This document shows positions 1-13,850 of a stretch of DNA of 63,997 nt, piece after piece. A program made the position numbers and the translations under genes. The notes beneath the pieces were generated by a model. That model had not been told where the DNA came from. It worked only from the letters and a program-made list of their open reading frames with translations, and made no database searches. The DNA is from Octopus bimaculoides (Eukaryota). The DNA is taken from positions 38,157,968 through 38,221,964 of the forward strand of contig NC_068982.1 in the NCBI RefSeq assembly GCF_001194135.2, written 5' to 3'. Position 1 is the first letter of the stretch. Each line of letters starts with the position of its first letter.

Positions 1-159
<159 letters not shown>

Positions 160-641
160 TCACTCACAAGGCATCGATTAACCAATTAAGAGTCACTTAT
201 CCAACGTGCAACATAGCAAAATTGAACAAAAAACATGTGGTTGTAAGTTAAACTTCTTACCTACACAACCATACCTGCATCTCATTACAAGAAAATATTT
301 CATAAATGAAAGTGTGTCTAGAGAGTTATTTTGTATCCTATTGTATCCTATAACTGAGTATTGCCTATTGAATACAACAGAATGTGTTTCTATATTAGAT
401 TCTGTTACAATAATAAAATTCATTTATGAATTCATCATTGAATAATGTTGATGATAGATTTCTCTTTTTCTCTTATCTTCTTAGTCATCCATTCTGTTAT
501 GCACACACAAATGTATACTCATATATACAGACAATTATTTTCTAATCCTCTGGTTCTCCATGTATCTCCTTCTCATACATTCTCACATGCAGACACATGA
601 ATGAATGCATGAATAAAAGAAGTATTCTTTTATAAAGTTAC

Positions 642-708
642 CTTCGATATAGACTTCAGCAGTCTGTATTGATAACTGTTGTTCTGTGATAGGTTTCAAA
701 TGATTCAT
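642..708 (-). CDS. Candidate further exon of the TBC1D2-like gene
   Basis: TTCAG acceptor, GTAACT donor, 67 nt, open in phase 0 (MNHLKPITEQQLSIQTAEVYIE+G). Phase fits the 4130 donor; no recognisable homology. Confidence 0.35.
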
Positions 709-741
709 CTGAATAACAATAATAATGATGGTTATGACAAC

Positions 742-775
<34 letters not shown>

Positions 776-3398
776 GCAATAATAATAATGAGAAAAAGAA
801 GAAGAAGAAAAGTACAAGAAGAACAACAAAATCAGCAACAATAATAATGATTTAATTTTTTCTACTATAGGCACAAGGCCTGAAATTTTGGGGAAGATGG
901 TTAATTGATTGCACCAGCACCAATGCTTGACTGGCATTTATTTTATTGATTCTAAAAGGATGACAGGCACAGTTGACCTTGGTGAAATTTGAACTCAGAA
1001 CATAAAGCCAGGACAAAAGCTGTTAAATATTTTGTCTGATGTGCTGAAGATTCTATCAGTTTACCATCTTGAACTATGATTGCCTAAAAAATAAATATTG
1101 GAATCTGTTTCATGTCCAAAGATTTCCTTTTACTTGCTTGCATGTTGTTTCTTCAAAATTAAACTTTTCATAAAGGTTGCTATTTTTCTTGATATCCTTA
1201 TTAAAAAAAAACAAAAAAAACAAACGACAGTTATTTTCTCTATTGCATTTTTAATATTAACTTTTCCCGAACATATTTCTAATGACATTGGTGCTTAATG
1301 AATTTTAAAATAATCATGAATTTGGATATATTTAATAAAAACCTATTTTTAATTATTACTAATCTGTTATTTTGATCCTATGTTAAGAAAATATTATTAC
1401 ATAAAATTATTGTGGAAGGTTCTAATATAAAATGAATACTTCATATGGTAGCATAACATAATTATTATATGCTAGCATTTTTATATGGTAGCATTAAGTT
1501 TGCCTAATATTCAGCTGATTATGTTTTATTAAAACTGAAAAATAGATAACACTATTTCTGAGTTAAGTAGTTGGCATTAAAAAACTATAAGAATAAAAAA
1601 AAAAGATACCTGTTAAAAGAAGAAAATAAAAATGTTTCAGAAAATGTTACATAATAATCTGAATTTAGTAGAACAATCCAGCTTTTTCTCAAACAAGATA
1701 TTTAGTCATAAATACATAAAGATAAATCAATATTGTATGGATTGATGACATGCAACTAATTAAGTTTCATGAATATAGCTAATCAAGATGAATGCTCAGT
1801 GCATAAATAATTCTTTATTTTGTTGATAGACTTCTTAATGATAGAACCATCATGAATACGACTTGTTCCATGTTATAATTAAGGAAATAAAGACAACAGA
1901 GCTTCTAACCATAAGACACCTTGTCTAAATAAATATGGTTCTTTTTCTAAATATGTAGAATATATGAAATATTGGAAAAGTCATGTTTAATAATAAATAT
2001 TAATTAAACTTTACAAAATTAAACAAAATAAAACTGTAAAACAACAGTGATGTCATATATCTACAGAAAGTAACAAGTAATATCAAAAAAGGCTTGGCAG
2101 TCTGCCTCATGGTACCAATGGACAAAATAGAAAGGGCATTGCCCTGAAGAATGATGAGGGAGGATACAGGAACAGTCACTCTGACTCATGGGATTCACAC
2201 TTGCAGATAGTCATTAACCATCTCTACCCTGATAGCAGTGAGCAGGGATGTGGTCTGAGGGCCAAGAATGCTGCGACAAGCTCCACTACAAACTTGTCAG
2301 AGAGCAGCTGACAATTCTAATAGTTATAAAGATATTTAGATGTATCACATTTTGAAATGATTTTTTTCAATATAATACTGACTTCTAATAATAGCACAAT
2401 GCACATAACTTTTGGGATAGGGTATAGTCGATGAAATCGAATCCAGTTGTCCACTGGCACTTTATATACTTGTGCAAGTGACAGAAAATAAAGGACATTA
2501 GTTTATTGCATGTAACATTCTCAGGTGAGCTATATGACAGCAAAGTGAATTGAGGTAATGTAGAATAAAGTTTTCTGGCTTGAAACATAACAAAATGTCA
2601 ACAGCACACTAAAACTTTTGATCCACGAGCTGGTAGTCCAATAATTACATTATTCACTTAGCCATCTCTCAGCTACAAAATGAATATATAACTATGAGTT
2701 AAATATTTATTACACTTACAATTCTTTTCTCTTTGATTGTGATTTCCATTGAAAAAACTCTTAATTCGATAATCAGGAAACAAATTTTACTTCTCATTAA
2801 ACTGTCTTATAATCAAAACCTTTGAGCAGTGTTTTTCGCATCATAATAGATACCCATAACAGTGCCAAGGAGTGTTCCAAGATGGTCAGATTTACAATAC
2901 TAACCAATAATAAACTTGGAAAAATTATTGAAATTAAGATTAACTTCTAAAACTCCAGAATCAAATTTACCCAAGGGTGGCATAGAGCTCATTATAAGAA
3001 TTTTTAAAATATTGCTTTAAGCTATAGATTTGCTATTAAAGTAATTAAAGACAAACTATTTGTTATGGTCGTATATACTTATTTATTCTGTTAGCATTTT
3101 CAAAGCAGCTTGTTATTTAATGCAGTTTAATGATTTCTGAGGATATTCAACTATTTTTAAAGAGTCTCTTTGAAACATATCTAAGCTCTTGCTAAAACTT
3201 TAAAAGCCTAAGCCTAGTAGCAGTTCTTCTAGCTCTTTACATTGATTGACTTTGTCTTTCACACTTTTGAAGACAATCAGTTAAGCATCAGTCCTGTACT
3301 GTTGTGTGTGTCTGTGATGTGATGTGACTGATTTACTCTCATCTCAAGACTGCTGGCCTTTTACCAAGATTAGAAGAGATTATTATTACTGTTATTGT

Positions 3399-3620
3399 AA
3401 GGTGGCGAGCTGGCAGAAACGTTAGCACACTGGGCGAAATGCTTAACAGTATTCCGTCTGTCTTTATGTTCTGAGTTCAAATTCTGCTGGGGTCACTTTA
3501 CCTTTCATACTTTCAGGGTCGATAAATTAAGTACCAGTTGCATACTGGTGTCGATCTAATCAACTGGCCCCCTCTCCCAAAATTTCGGGCCTTGTGCCTA
3601 GAATAGAAAAGATTATTACT
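3399..3620 (+). mobile_element. tRNA-derived SINE family B (CCTTTCATCCTTTCGGGGTCGATAAA core)
   Basis: AGGTGGCGAGCTGGCAGAAACGTTAGC head, GAGTTCAAATTC B box, (ATT)n tail. Other copies at 3880-4045 (+), 850-1075 (-), 29575-29790 (+), 39170-39375 (-), 59585-59790 (-). Confidence 0.8.
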
Positions 3621-3802
3621 GCTATTGTTGTTGTTATATTAAGTTAAAATCCTTCTGAGATCAACTTTGCTCATCATCCCTCCAGGGTTCATAAGATAAT
3701 GCACCAGTTAAGTACTGGGTTTGATGGCACTAATTATCTCTTTTCCCCTAAAAATTGTTGACCTTGGGCCTACATTAGAAACAATTATTATTGCTGTTGT
3801 TG

Positions 3803-3878
<76 letters not shown>

Positions 3879-4129
3879 TAAGGTGTCGAGCTGGCAGAAT
3901 CATTAGCATGCCAGGTAAAATGCTTAGCAGCCTTTTGTCTGTCTTTACATTCTGAGTTCAAATTCCACTGAGGTTGACGTTGTCTTTCATCTTTTCGGGG
4001 TCGATAAATTAAGTACCAGTGAAACACTGGGGTCAATATAATTACTATTACAAAAGGATTGAAAAAGGAAACATTTACTTGGATCAAATTTGAGGTTCTG
4101 TTGGTAAGAATATATAATACTGAACTAAC

Positions 4130-4279
4130 CTTCTCCTCATCAATTTCTCTACTGAACAAAAAGCTATTTTCATTAATTTTCTGCCATTTATAATGTTCTT
4201 GAATCATACTTTGGTAATAGACTTGTTTGGCACGGATTGTCTGCCATTTAGGAAATGGGTTAAGTTCTTCAAAAGCTAC
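4130..4279 (-). CDS. TBC1D2B: Next exon of TBC1D2-like gene (post-TBC helix)
   Basis: 150 nt phase 0-0, TATTCCAG acceptor, GTTAGT donor. VAFEELNPFPKWQTIRAKQVYYQSMIQEHYKWQKINENSFLFSREIDEEK; the AFxxLNPFP motif follows the TBC domain in TBC1D2 family proteins and joins in frame to the previous exon. Confidence 0.88.
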
Positions 4280-4387
4280 CTGGAATATAAATAATAATAT
4301 CTTATTTGATTACTTTAGCAATGTCATATTAGCAAAAATGCCTTCTCAATATTATTCTAGCAATGATATTTGAGCCAGCCTACTTTA

Positions 4388-5667
4388 CAAGGTGGTATCA
4401 AAAAAGTTCCTGGACTAGTTATGTTTAATCAAAAATAACTTATTTACCTAAGTTTTAACATCATCTCCTTTGAAATAGTCACCTTGCGCACTGGTCTAAT
4501 CGTTTCTGCCACTTTTGGGATCCCTGTCTAGAAGTTGTTTTCTGTAAGCATGTTGAGGCCCTTCTGCAATTTGCTCTAGAACTCAGCAATGGTGTTAAAA
4601 CGATGATCTTTGAACTGCATTTTCATCTTGGTTAAGAGATGGAAGTCCCTGTGAATAGGGTGGGTGCAGAAATGATGCCATGTTTTTGGTGAGAAACTCA
4701 TGAGTAAGGAGAGCTTGGTGGCAAGGTGCATTTTCGTTGTGAAGAATCCAATTCTGCATGCTCCTCAGATCTGGTCACTTTCACCAAATGACTTCCCTCA
4801 AAAGCTTTGAAACATTACAGTAGAACTCTCAATTGATGTTCTGGCCCTGGGGGACGAATTCTCCATGCACAATACTGTGGATGTTGAAAAAATGATGAGC
4901 ATGCTCTTGACTGAACTGCAGCTCTGTCATGCCTTCTTTGGTCATGGAAATGAAGGCCTCTTCCATTGTGACGACTGCTGCTTCGTATCAGGGTTGTACC
5001 CGTAGACCCAGCTCTCATCACCAGTGATGATTCTCAACATAAAGTATGGGCCATCAACAGTATGCTGGCGGAGATCTTGATAAACTTTGACATGATGTTC
5101 AATTTGTTCAGTGCTCAGCAGGTGGGGGACAAACTTGGCGGAGACACACTGCATGTTCAAATCAGACGTTAGGGTTGACTGCACAGATCCATACACAGAC
5201 CGGCAACATCAGCAATGTTGTTGATTGTCTTTCGATGATCCTCATACACAAGCTGATGAATTTTCACCACACTTTTGTGGGTGACTGCTATGGCAAGTCT
5301 TCCAGATCATTCAGCATGTTCTAGGGACGTTATTCTGCTATTGAAGTGCCCATGCCACTCAAAACATTGTGTACAACCCATTGCCTCATCGTTGTAAGCT
5401 TGCTGAAGCATTCTCAATGTTTCTGTTGCAGACTTCTCAAATTTAACCCAAAATTTCATGCTGGCTCTTTGTTCCAACTTACTATCCATGACAAAATTGC
5501 AGACTACAGCATACACATGATCACAAAAACACAAATTTCACAATTAAATTAAACATAATGATGTCACTTGGCACACTACCTCACGAAGGTCATTGCTAGC
5601 TCTCATTGTGCACACAAGTGTGTTGGCGCATTCAGAAATAGTCTGGGAACTTTTTGATACCATCTCA
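4388..5667 (-). mobile_element. Full-length degenerate mariner (Tc1/mariner) transposon
   Basis: ~30 bp TIRs (CAAGGTGGTATCAAAAAAGTTCCTGGACTA / TAGTCTGGGAACTTTTTGATACCATCTCA), left TA flank, ~1.28 kb. Frameshifted transposase: EQRASMKFWVKFEKSATETLRML, VSAKFVPHLL, IITGDESWVYGY. Confidence 0.92.
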
Positions 5668-5869
5668 TTGACATAAATGATACTGTTGATTTAATTGGTC
5701 TTGAACCATTTTGTTCCAATGATTTAGTAGTAAGGAATGGAGGCTTGCTGGTTAAGATGCTAATCCTACTTTGTGAAACCTTGAGCAAGTGTTTTCTTCT
5801 ATAGCAGTGAGCTGACTATAGTATTGCAAGTGAATTTTGTAGATGGAAACTGAAAGATGTCCATCATGC

Positions 5870-5900
<31 letters not shown>

Positions 5901-5987
5901 TGTATGTATGTATGTATGTATGTATGCATGTATGTATGTATGTATATGTATGTATGTATGCATGTTTGTATGTATGTATGTTTTATG

Positions 5988-6019
<32 letters not shown>

Positions 6020-6651
6020 AACATGTGTGTGTGTGTGTGTGTGTGTTTCATAACCAGTGTTGATTTGTTTATGTCTCCATAAATAAGTGGCTTAGGAAAA
6101 GAGACTGATAGAATAGGCACCAGATTTCAAAAATAAGTATTGGGGTCAATTTGTTCAAGGCAATGTCCCAACATGGACACAGTCCAATGATTAAAACAAG
6201 TAAAAGATAAATGACAAAGTCTTTGATCAAATCCTCAAAATTAATTTTATGTAACACATCTGCTTCTATATTTAGTAGAGATAAGGCATCCCAAACATTA
6301 TCTTAGCAAGTCTGAAGAAATTTCTTTTGTGATGTAAACCATTTACCATTTCTATGGTGCTCCCTTTCCTTGATTCCCTAAGCACATGCTTATTGTTCTT
6401 AATGGTTAATCCAGTGCTGAATGCCACAGTTATGGCCTCTCAATGCTATGCAATATGAATAAGATTTAGAAAATAAAAGAAGTTTCAGAAAGTTTTATGT
6501 TTGATCACTGATTAAACTGGATTTAGCTCTATGCCTTGAAGCTACCCCAGTCATTTTATAGCCTCTTACTGGTAATTATTGTGTATTCTAAAGAATGGAT
6601 TTGAAAAATGAATAAGCCATAGAGATTAGATTCAGTACAAAACCACTTTAC

Positions 6652-6831
6652 CTTGACCAATTCTTCTACATCATTTGTTAGCTTTGCACAAGATTTGACA
6701 TGTTTCATCAAACTGATTGTATCTGTTTGTTTGAGAAGTTCTGCCTCATGTATTTTTAGAATGGCTACAGAAAACCGAAATAGTATTTTAGGTCCTTCAA
6801 TGATGAAGCAATCCCAAATCCTCAACAGTGT
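6652..6831 (-). CDS. TBC1D2B: Internal exon of TBC1D2/TBC1D2B-like Rab-GAP (C-terminal half of TBC domain)
   Basis: 180 nt phase 0-0, TTTTTGCAG acceptor, GTAAAG donor. Translates TLLRIWDCFIIEGPKILFRFSVAILKIHEAELLKQTDTISLMKHVKSCAKLTNDVEELVK, matching the TBC RIWDxFxxEGPKxxFRF motif as recalled for TBC1D2B. Confidence 0.9.
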
Positions 6832-7050
6832 CTGCAAAAAAGAGAAGACATGAATTAAGAGATCTAAAAAAATACCACTATTTCTAACAGGAGGAAAAAA
6901 ACAACTTAATTTTGGAGCTTTATGATAGTATTTCTCAAGCACGTTCACTTATGAACCTTTTGACTCCTAATTTACTTGGAATGACCTCATAATCAATTCC
7001 ATGTTTAAAAAATTATTAGGAATTGTATAAAAGATTGTTAAAATATTTTG

Positions 7051-8034
7051 TGTATTGTAGAAATATGTAGGAAAACGACCATGCAAACCAAAGGAGAATG
7101 GTGACGAATGGAACAGGCTCCTTTTAACACGTCGCACGGTCGACACAAAAATATATATTATATACTATAACATAAGAGAACGCACATGTGAAATGCGAGG
7201 AAATGCCAGCAAGGAAAAGAGAGAGAGACTCAACTGGTAAAGATGTATAAAAGTAAGGTTTATTGGTTGTCAACTAGAATGTCTGTGTGAGTGTGAATGC
7301 GACATAATAAAACACAATATAAGACAGGCTGTCATGTAAACAAAGAGTGTGTATACAAATATATGTATGTGAATGCAAGAGATACAGAGCATAGAAAACA
7401 GTCTATAATAAGGACGTTAAAAGTCCTGAACACAAGGGTAAGGAATACCAGTTCTCAGTTAAGGTACACAATAGATTGAAAGTCTGTATATAAGAGGTTG
7501 AGGCATGGAGGCAGAGCTAAGTCACATGTCGTGAAGTTGAGGCTTCTATGCCGAGCCGGCTACTTGATACAGATGGTCTTCGCAGGTTGAGTTCTGTTAA
7601 CCTTGGTGAAGATATTTCACAACAGTATTGAGTGAACCTGTGCGGGCGCTGTTTGGTTGCTGTTGGTAGCTTGTGTACGTAGAGACGTCGTGTTGACGTT
7701 GGCGATGAAGCTTGTAGTAAACAGTTGAACGTTGGTGTTGATGTCGTCACCGGAAACTGGCTGGTTGGTGTTACGTGGTCAACGACCAGACCTTAGAAGG
7801 TCTGAAGCTGCGACAAACTGGCGTGGATAAAGTAGGCTATTTATAGGTAAAAAGAGGCTCCAGAAGCATCAGAAAAACACTCTCTCACGTGACCTTATTA
7901 GATGGCCATGATTGGTCGGTATGCAGCCTGGCACGAAACAGAACTGGAGACAAATGCAGCACAAATAAGAGTCAATCAGGGTGATGGACACAGCAGGGTC
8001 CAAGGCGGGAGAGAGATAGATGTTACCCGCTACA
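7051..8034 (-). mobile_element. Solo LTR (Gypsy-like)
   Basis: TGTA...TACA termini, 4-bp flanking repeat TTTG (7047-7050 / 8035-8038), minus-strand TATAAATA at 7838-7845 and AATAAA at 7259-7264, higher GC and CpG than the flanks. Confidence 0.65.
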
Positions 8035-9252
8035 TTTGCATTTGTAAATAAATAACCGAGAAAGGTGGTTTCACTACAAATATTACCAGTTTATTGTAGA
8101 TAAATTTTAACAACAAAATATTATATATGGACCTCCAAGAGCCATATATAATATGTTGAGAACCACTACTCTAGACTTCAAAAACTTTGGTACAAACGAC
8201 TTTATTCAAAAATGAAGCATTTCTTTTCAACTGACAATGCCCCAATCCTAATAATTCTGTAGAAGTACGTGTTTCTTTTAGAAATAAACAATACTACACA
8301 CACACAATAGATGCACAAACATCGTCATCTTTCCCCTCCTCATCATTTTTACATCCTCATTCCAAGCTGGCATGGGTTGGGCAGGTTGTCACAATCTGAG
8401 TCAGTTCAACCTTTCAAGACAGATCAAAAGACTACGTCTCACTTAAAACATTAATCCGTCAGCTGGTTTCACAACACCCCTTGGTACCTCAGGTATCTTT
8501 AGTGGAAGTTACTCCATTACATGCATCCAGGTGTGGTCTTCTATGGATATATAATTCTGTACACTTCAATTAATATACCCACTCTATTGACGTATATATA
8601 GGAGTGCATATTTTTTCTGACTTAGTTATATGTATATATACCTATATATATGCACACACCCCACATACATATATTTGTGTGTGTGTGTGTGTGTGTAAGT
8701 TGCTGAAATGTTCATAAGTCAGGAAAAAAATCACTTGTATATCTGTCAATAGAGAGGGTATATGATTCAAGGTGTACAGTATTATATATCTGTGAACAAT
8801 ATTATATATTTGTTGAATCCCTAGGGCAATGGATATATAAAACTGTATTCTTCGGATTATATATATATATATATATATATATNNNNNNNNNNNNNNNNNN
8901 NNNNNNNNNNNNNNNNNNNNNNNNNNNNNNNNNNNNNNNNNNNNNNNNNNNNNNNNNNNNNNNNNNNNNNNNNNNNNNNNNNNNNNNNNNNNNNNNNNNN
9001 NNNNNNNNNNNNNNNNNNNNNNNNNNNNNNNNNNNNNNNNNNNNNNNNNNNNNNNNNNNNNNNNNNNNNNNNNNNNNNNNNNNNNNNNNNNNNNNNNNNN
9101 NNNNNNNNNNNNNNNNNNNNNNNNNNNNNNNNNNNNNNNATATACATATATACATACATATATACATATATACACACACAAATACACACACATATATGTA
9201 TACACACAAACACAAACACAAACATATATATATATATTTGTATATATATATC

Positions 9253-9280
9253 TATGACAGTTTTCATAAGCTCTTTATGC

Positions 9281-9328
<48 letters not shown>

Positions 9329-9360
9329 ATATACATAGAGAGCTTATGAAAACTGTCATA
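9253..9360. repeat. 33-bp inverted repeat enclosing (TG)n
   Basis: TATGACAGTTTTCATAAGCTCT... arms with 2 mismatches, TA at both ends. Confidence 0.9.
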
Positions 9361-10356
9361 CATATATATACAAATAATTTCTTTTGTATTCAAAATTCTT
9401 TCAGTGAAAAAAAAAAGAAAAGAAAAAATTTGAATTCCTGTTCTGCACTATAAAATGTCTTCTTTTCTAATCTAAAACAAAAGGTTATGTGGAGGTCAAA
9501 GGAAATTTGCTGTGTGGTCTATTGAAGAACACAGTATTTCTGTCTTCAGCATCCTGTTAGATTGTCAGTCAATCTGTTTGTTAGCCTGTTGATGATACTG
9601 ATCAAAGAAAAAAGTGAAGTAGGAATATGAAATCTTTACCAACAATCTCCACTTCAACAGAGAAATAATAATGAACAATGGGTGGCAGTATTGAGGAGAT
9701 GTAAACATATTACAAAAATATTTACCCATGTACAAGCACACATATACACATACATTCACACACATACACACAAAAATGGATTCACAACTTTATGTCATAT
9801 ACATAACAACAGATCTACATACATGCATATACATATATACATGGTGGAAGTAAACTCATAACTGAAGAAGATATCTTCCTAAACCCTGTGAAAACATTTC
9901 AAGAGCCCAGGAAGTTCCTGTGCATGAATTTGTTTTGAGCCGATAAAGTGTTGCATGGCACTAAACCTAATTTTCAGTGCAGTCAGCTATAAAATCAGTA
10001 GCACATCAGAGATTGAGATGACATACACATATACATACATATATAAATGTGCATACATACATACATAATACATGCATACATTCATACATACATGCATACA
10101 TACATACATTCATACATACATACATACATATGTATATACATACATGCATACATGCATATATTAATGTATATATATATATGTATATATCATCATCATCATC
10201 ATCATCATCGTTTAACGTCCGCTTTCCATGCTAGCATGGGTTGGACGATTTGACTGAGGACTGGTGAAACCGGATGGCAACACCAGGCTCCAGTCTAATT
10301 TGGCAGAGTTTCTACAGCTGGATGCCCTTCCTAACGCCAACCACTCAGAGAGTGTA

Positions 10357-10446
<90 letters not shown>

Positions 10447-10449
10447 ATA

Positions 10450-10485
<36 letters not shown>

Positions 10486-10748
10486 GAGGCATACATATGT
10501 GTGTGTATGCTTATATTTACTTGCATATGTAGACAGCTTCAAATGCAAAAAGCACCACTCTTCACACACATACATACATGAACACAAACACACATGTACA
10601 CAGACATAAAACACACATGCACGCACATGCGCACGCACGCACACACACACACATACACACAAAGCTGAAGTCTTAGACTTGGTCTTTTTGTTGATATATT
10701 CACAAATACCTATGGTATTTAGCTTTCCTATGATGTATGCACATACGA

Positions 10749-10789
<41 letters not shown>

Positions 10790-11021
10790 AATACATATGT
10801 GTATATTTACATGGTGCCATACAAAAAGCGCCCAGTATACTCTGTAAAGTGGTTGGCATTAAGAAGGGCATCCAGCTGTAGAAACCAAGCCAAACAGTAT
10901 ACAGAACTTGGCACAACTCCTGACCAATCCATGCCAGCATGGAAAATGGATATTGACTGATGATGATGATGATGATGATATGTGTGCATATATGTATAAG
11001 TGTATATTTACATACATGCAT

Positions 11022-11079
<58 letters not shown>

Positions 11080-11439
11080 ACACACACACACACACACACA
11101 CATTTATATATGCATAGATTTTTTTTAATGAAACTGAATCTAAGAAGTTTCTCTCATGGCAAGAACCATATCCTCTACAACATATAATCCAGTGCTCTTC
11201 ATCTGACATATGAATACATGCACACATACACACACACACAAACACACTCACACACACACACACATACACACACACCTTGCCACACATATATATATTATAT
11301 ACATATAATGTGTGCTTGTATGTGTATGTGAGTATATTTTATTTAGGTACCAGCATTTGAGAGGCTAATTTATCTCTTCTGCATACTAGGACTGTGAACA
11401 GGTTTTCCAAACCATTGCAACTTGCCATTTATCATAGTT

Positions 11440-11560
11440 CTTTGTAATTGCCTTGAAGAGGTTCAGGTTCCAGTGATCAGTTTTCACCATTTCATCCCAT
11501 GTCTTTTTGAGCCTGTTTTCTACAGGTTCCAACAACTTTAAGCACTTAGCACTTTGTTAT
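11440..11560 (-). mobile_element. RTE LINE ORF C-terminal remnant
   Basis: KTWDEMVKTD motif (the RGRPRKTW...VKxDL region). Confidence 0.55.
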
Positions 11561-11682
11561 ACGATTGACACAGTCCATTATGACCAAACCAATTCATGCC
11601 ACCATGGAAAGTCAGACATAAAATGATCAAATGATGGTGATGAAAATGATGTATATTTGTAGACATATTCTTATGTGTGTGC

Positions 11683-11740
<58 letters not shown>

Positions 11741-11799
11741 GTTATGATCATAAGTATCTAGAGTGTTGTCATAGTAACGAAGCTAATGCATGCAGAGTG

Positions 11800-12235
11800 A
11801 TGTTGTTTGGCACAGATTGACCTTGAACTCTGCTCTGTATGCACACTAACTCTTAACATTCCAGCTTACTTCCACTGTTTATAGTAGTGCTTGGAAGGAA
11901 GGTGTGTAGCATGTGACAATCACATTGACCATGATAGAGAAAGTTGAGCAGAGAATCTGCATCAAATTTTGCCAAAAGCTTGATGATACCTGCTCACGCA
12001 ATGTTTTCAAAAATTCTTCTTTGTTCTCGACACAATCAAGGAGATCTTGTACAACTGAAATCTGGGTGTCTTTTTTGGTCAGCTGAAAGCAGTTTTGGCG
12101 CAAACTTGGTAGATACACATCTCATACCCAAATCTTCAGTGATAATGGACTGAACTGAACTGTAACTAATCTGCACATCCTCTCATAACTCATGAATGGT
12201 GATTCAAGAATTTCCCCTCACACCTGCATGCAATG
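11800..12235 (-). mobile_element. Mariner transposase fragment
   Basis: LTKKDTQISVVQDLLDCVENKEEFLKT resembles the mariner linker region; neighbouring frames give HREQ/IKFC-like N-terminal remnants; scrambled and truncated. Confidence 0.65.
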
Positions 12236-13306
12236 TTTATCTCTTTTGTGTTACCAGTTCTCTCTTCTTGCAACCACTTCCCTTGTCACCCAACCCACAT
12301 TTTCTGTATCATCTACTGTAGCATCAGATTGACCAAATCTTTGAGGGTGAAATTTAGAAGCAGGAATATTTTCATATTTAAGAAATGGCATATCATTCTA
12401 ACATCATACACATTTCCTCACCATCTCTGAAATATATTCTAACTTTTCTCACTCTTCAACTCATTTTTTAGAGTTGGTTATCAATCTGCTCACAATAAAA
12501 TGTATTGATAGCTGGAAAAGAAATATATAAAAATATAAATAAAGATGTGTGCATTTGAAACAGCAAAACATAATAGTTTTAAAATTAAGCTAGAAAGAAA
12601 TATATTATTTGAAATAGAAATATGACTGCCATTTGGGATTTTCATCTGCCATTATTGTAACAAAATCTTTTCTGCTCTTATACTCTTCCTTTATTGTCTA
12701 ATGTTATCGATGATTTTATACTGGTTGTTTACACTAAGTCATTCTGAAATACGTTGCTATAAGAATCATTCTGTAAGCAGAATTCATTCCATGAAAAATA
12801 GAATCTGTTTCAATTGATTCATATGCGCTATGACAAAAGAAAAAGAAAAGGAAACACTTTTTTTCTTCCAACAAAGGATGGTAAATATTTTGAAGATCAA
12901 CACGTATCTCAATCATAGCTAGAAGACCTACATCAAGCATTGGTAATGCATTTACCAGATATAAGTTAAAAAGAGAAAAGCTGAACTTATCATTAAAGTA
13001 GTATCTAATAATTTATGATAAATACGAAAAAGAAAAGTAATCAGGAAATAAATATTTCTGTGATCAAATGCTGGAGTTGATAAAGTCAACTGAGAGTATA
13101 TTTAGATTGAAGCATAAATTTTGTGATATGAGATTATCAGCTTGCCATATCAAATGATATCTTATTTACATTGAATTCTTCTGCATCACCTTTCAACCTC
13201 ACCTTCTACATTGTCATTATTTGGATTTCTACTTTGTTTGTTTTATCTGAAGGAGTGAGTGGAGTTATGTTTCTTTAACTTTAAAAACATATGCATAAAA
13301 CATACG

Positions 13307-13371
<65 letters not shown>

Positions 13372-13850
13372 ATACACTCTCACAATGAGGAGGACAATGA
13401 TGGTGATGACAACAACAGTGACAACACCGACCACCACCACTACCATTACCACATGCAAACTCATTAAACTGGCCATAGAACAGGGTTTTTCCTTGTTAAT
13501 ATCTAGATGTATTTTGATAGCTTTAGACATCAGTTATATGATGGAGGAAAATTATATTTACTGTGAAAACAAAATGATGATACCTCCCAAAATTATTTAT
13601 GCAATTTATTTGTTTTACGCTGATATTTAGAATAGCCTATATCTCTTGCTAGTTTTAATACAGAAGACCAAGTCAAACAGGCTGTTGACAAATATTAATT
13701 TCTAATACATAGGCATGAGGCTTCAGAGAGTGTCAGAAGAGAAACTGTAACGTTAATGATTTTCTGAAGGCAATAGTAATGTTTGAAATATCTACAAACT
13801 GGAATTGAAACAGAGTTATCAAGGGACGTGTACATTTTCTCAGCTATCAG

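Noticed and set aside
2105-2310. Open plus frame with KNDEGGYRNSHSDSWDSHL, like a GIY-YIG C-terminus
   Set aside because: Too short and diverged to call, and no upstream domain is visible.
12745-12830. Strong minus-strand acceptor with open frame AYESIETDSIFHGMNSAYRMILIAT
   Set aside because: No TBC/PH similarity, weak donor, and phase incompatible with the 6831 exon.
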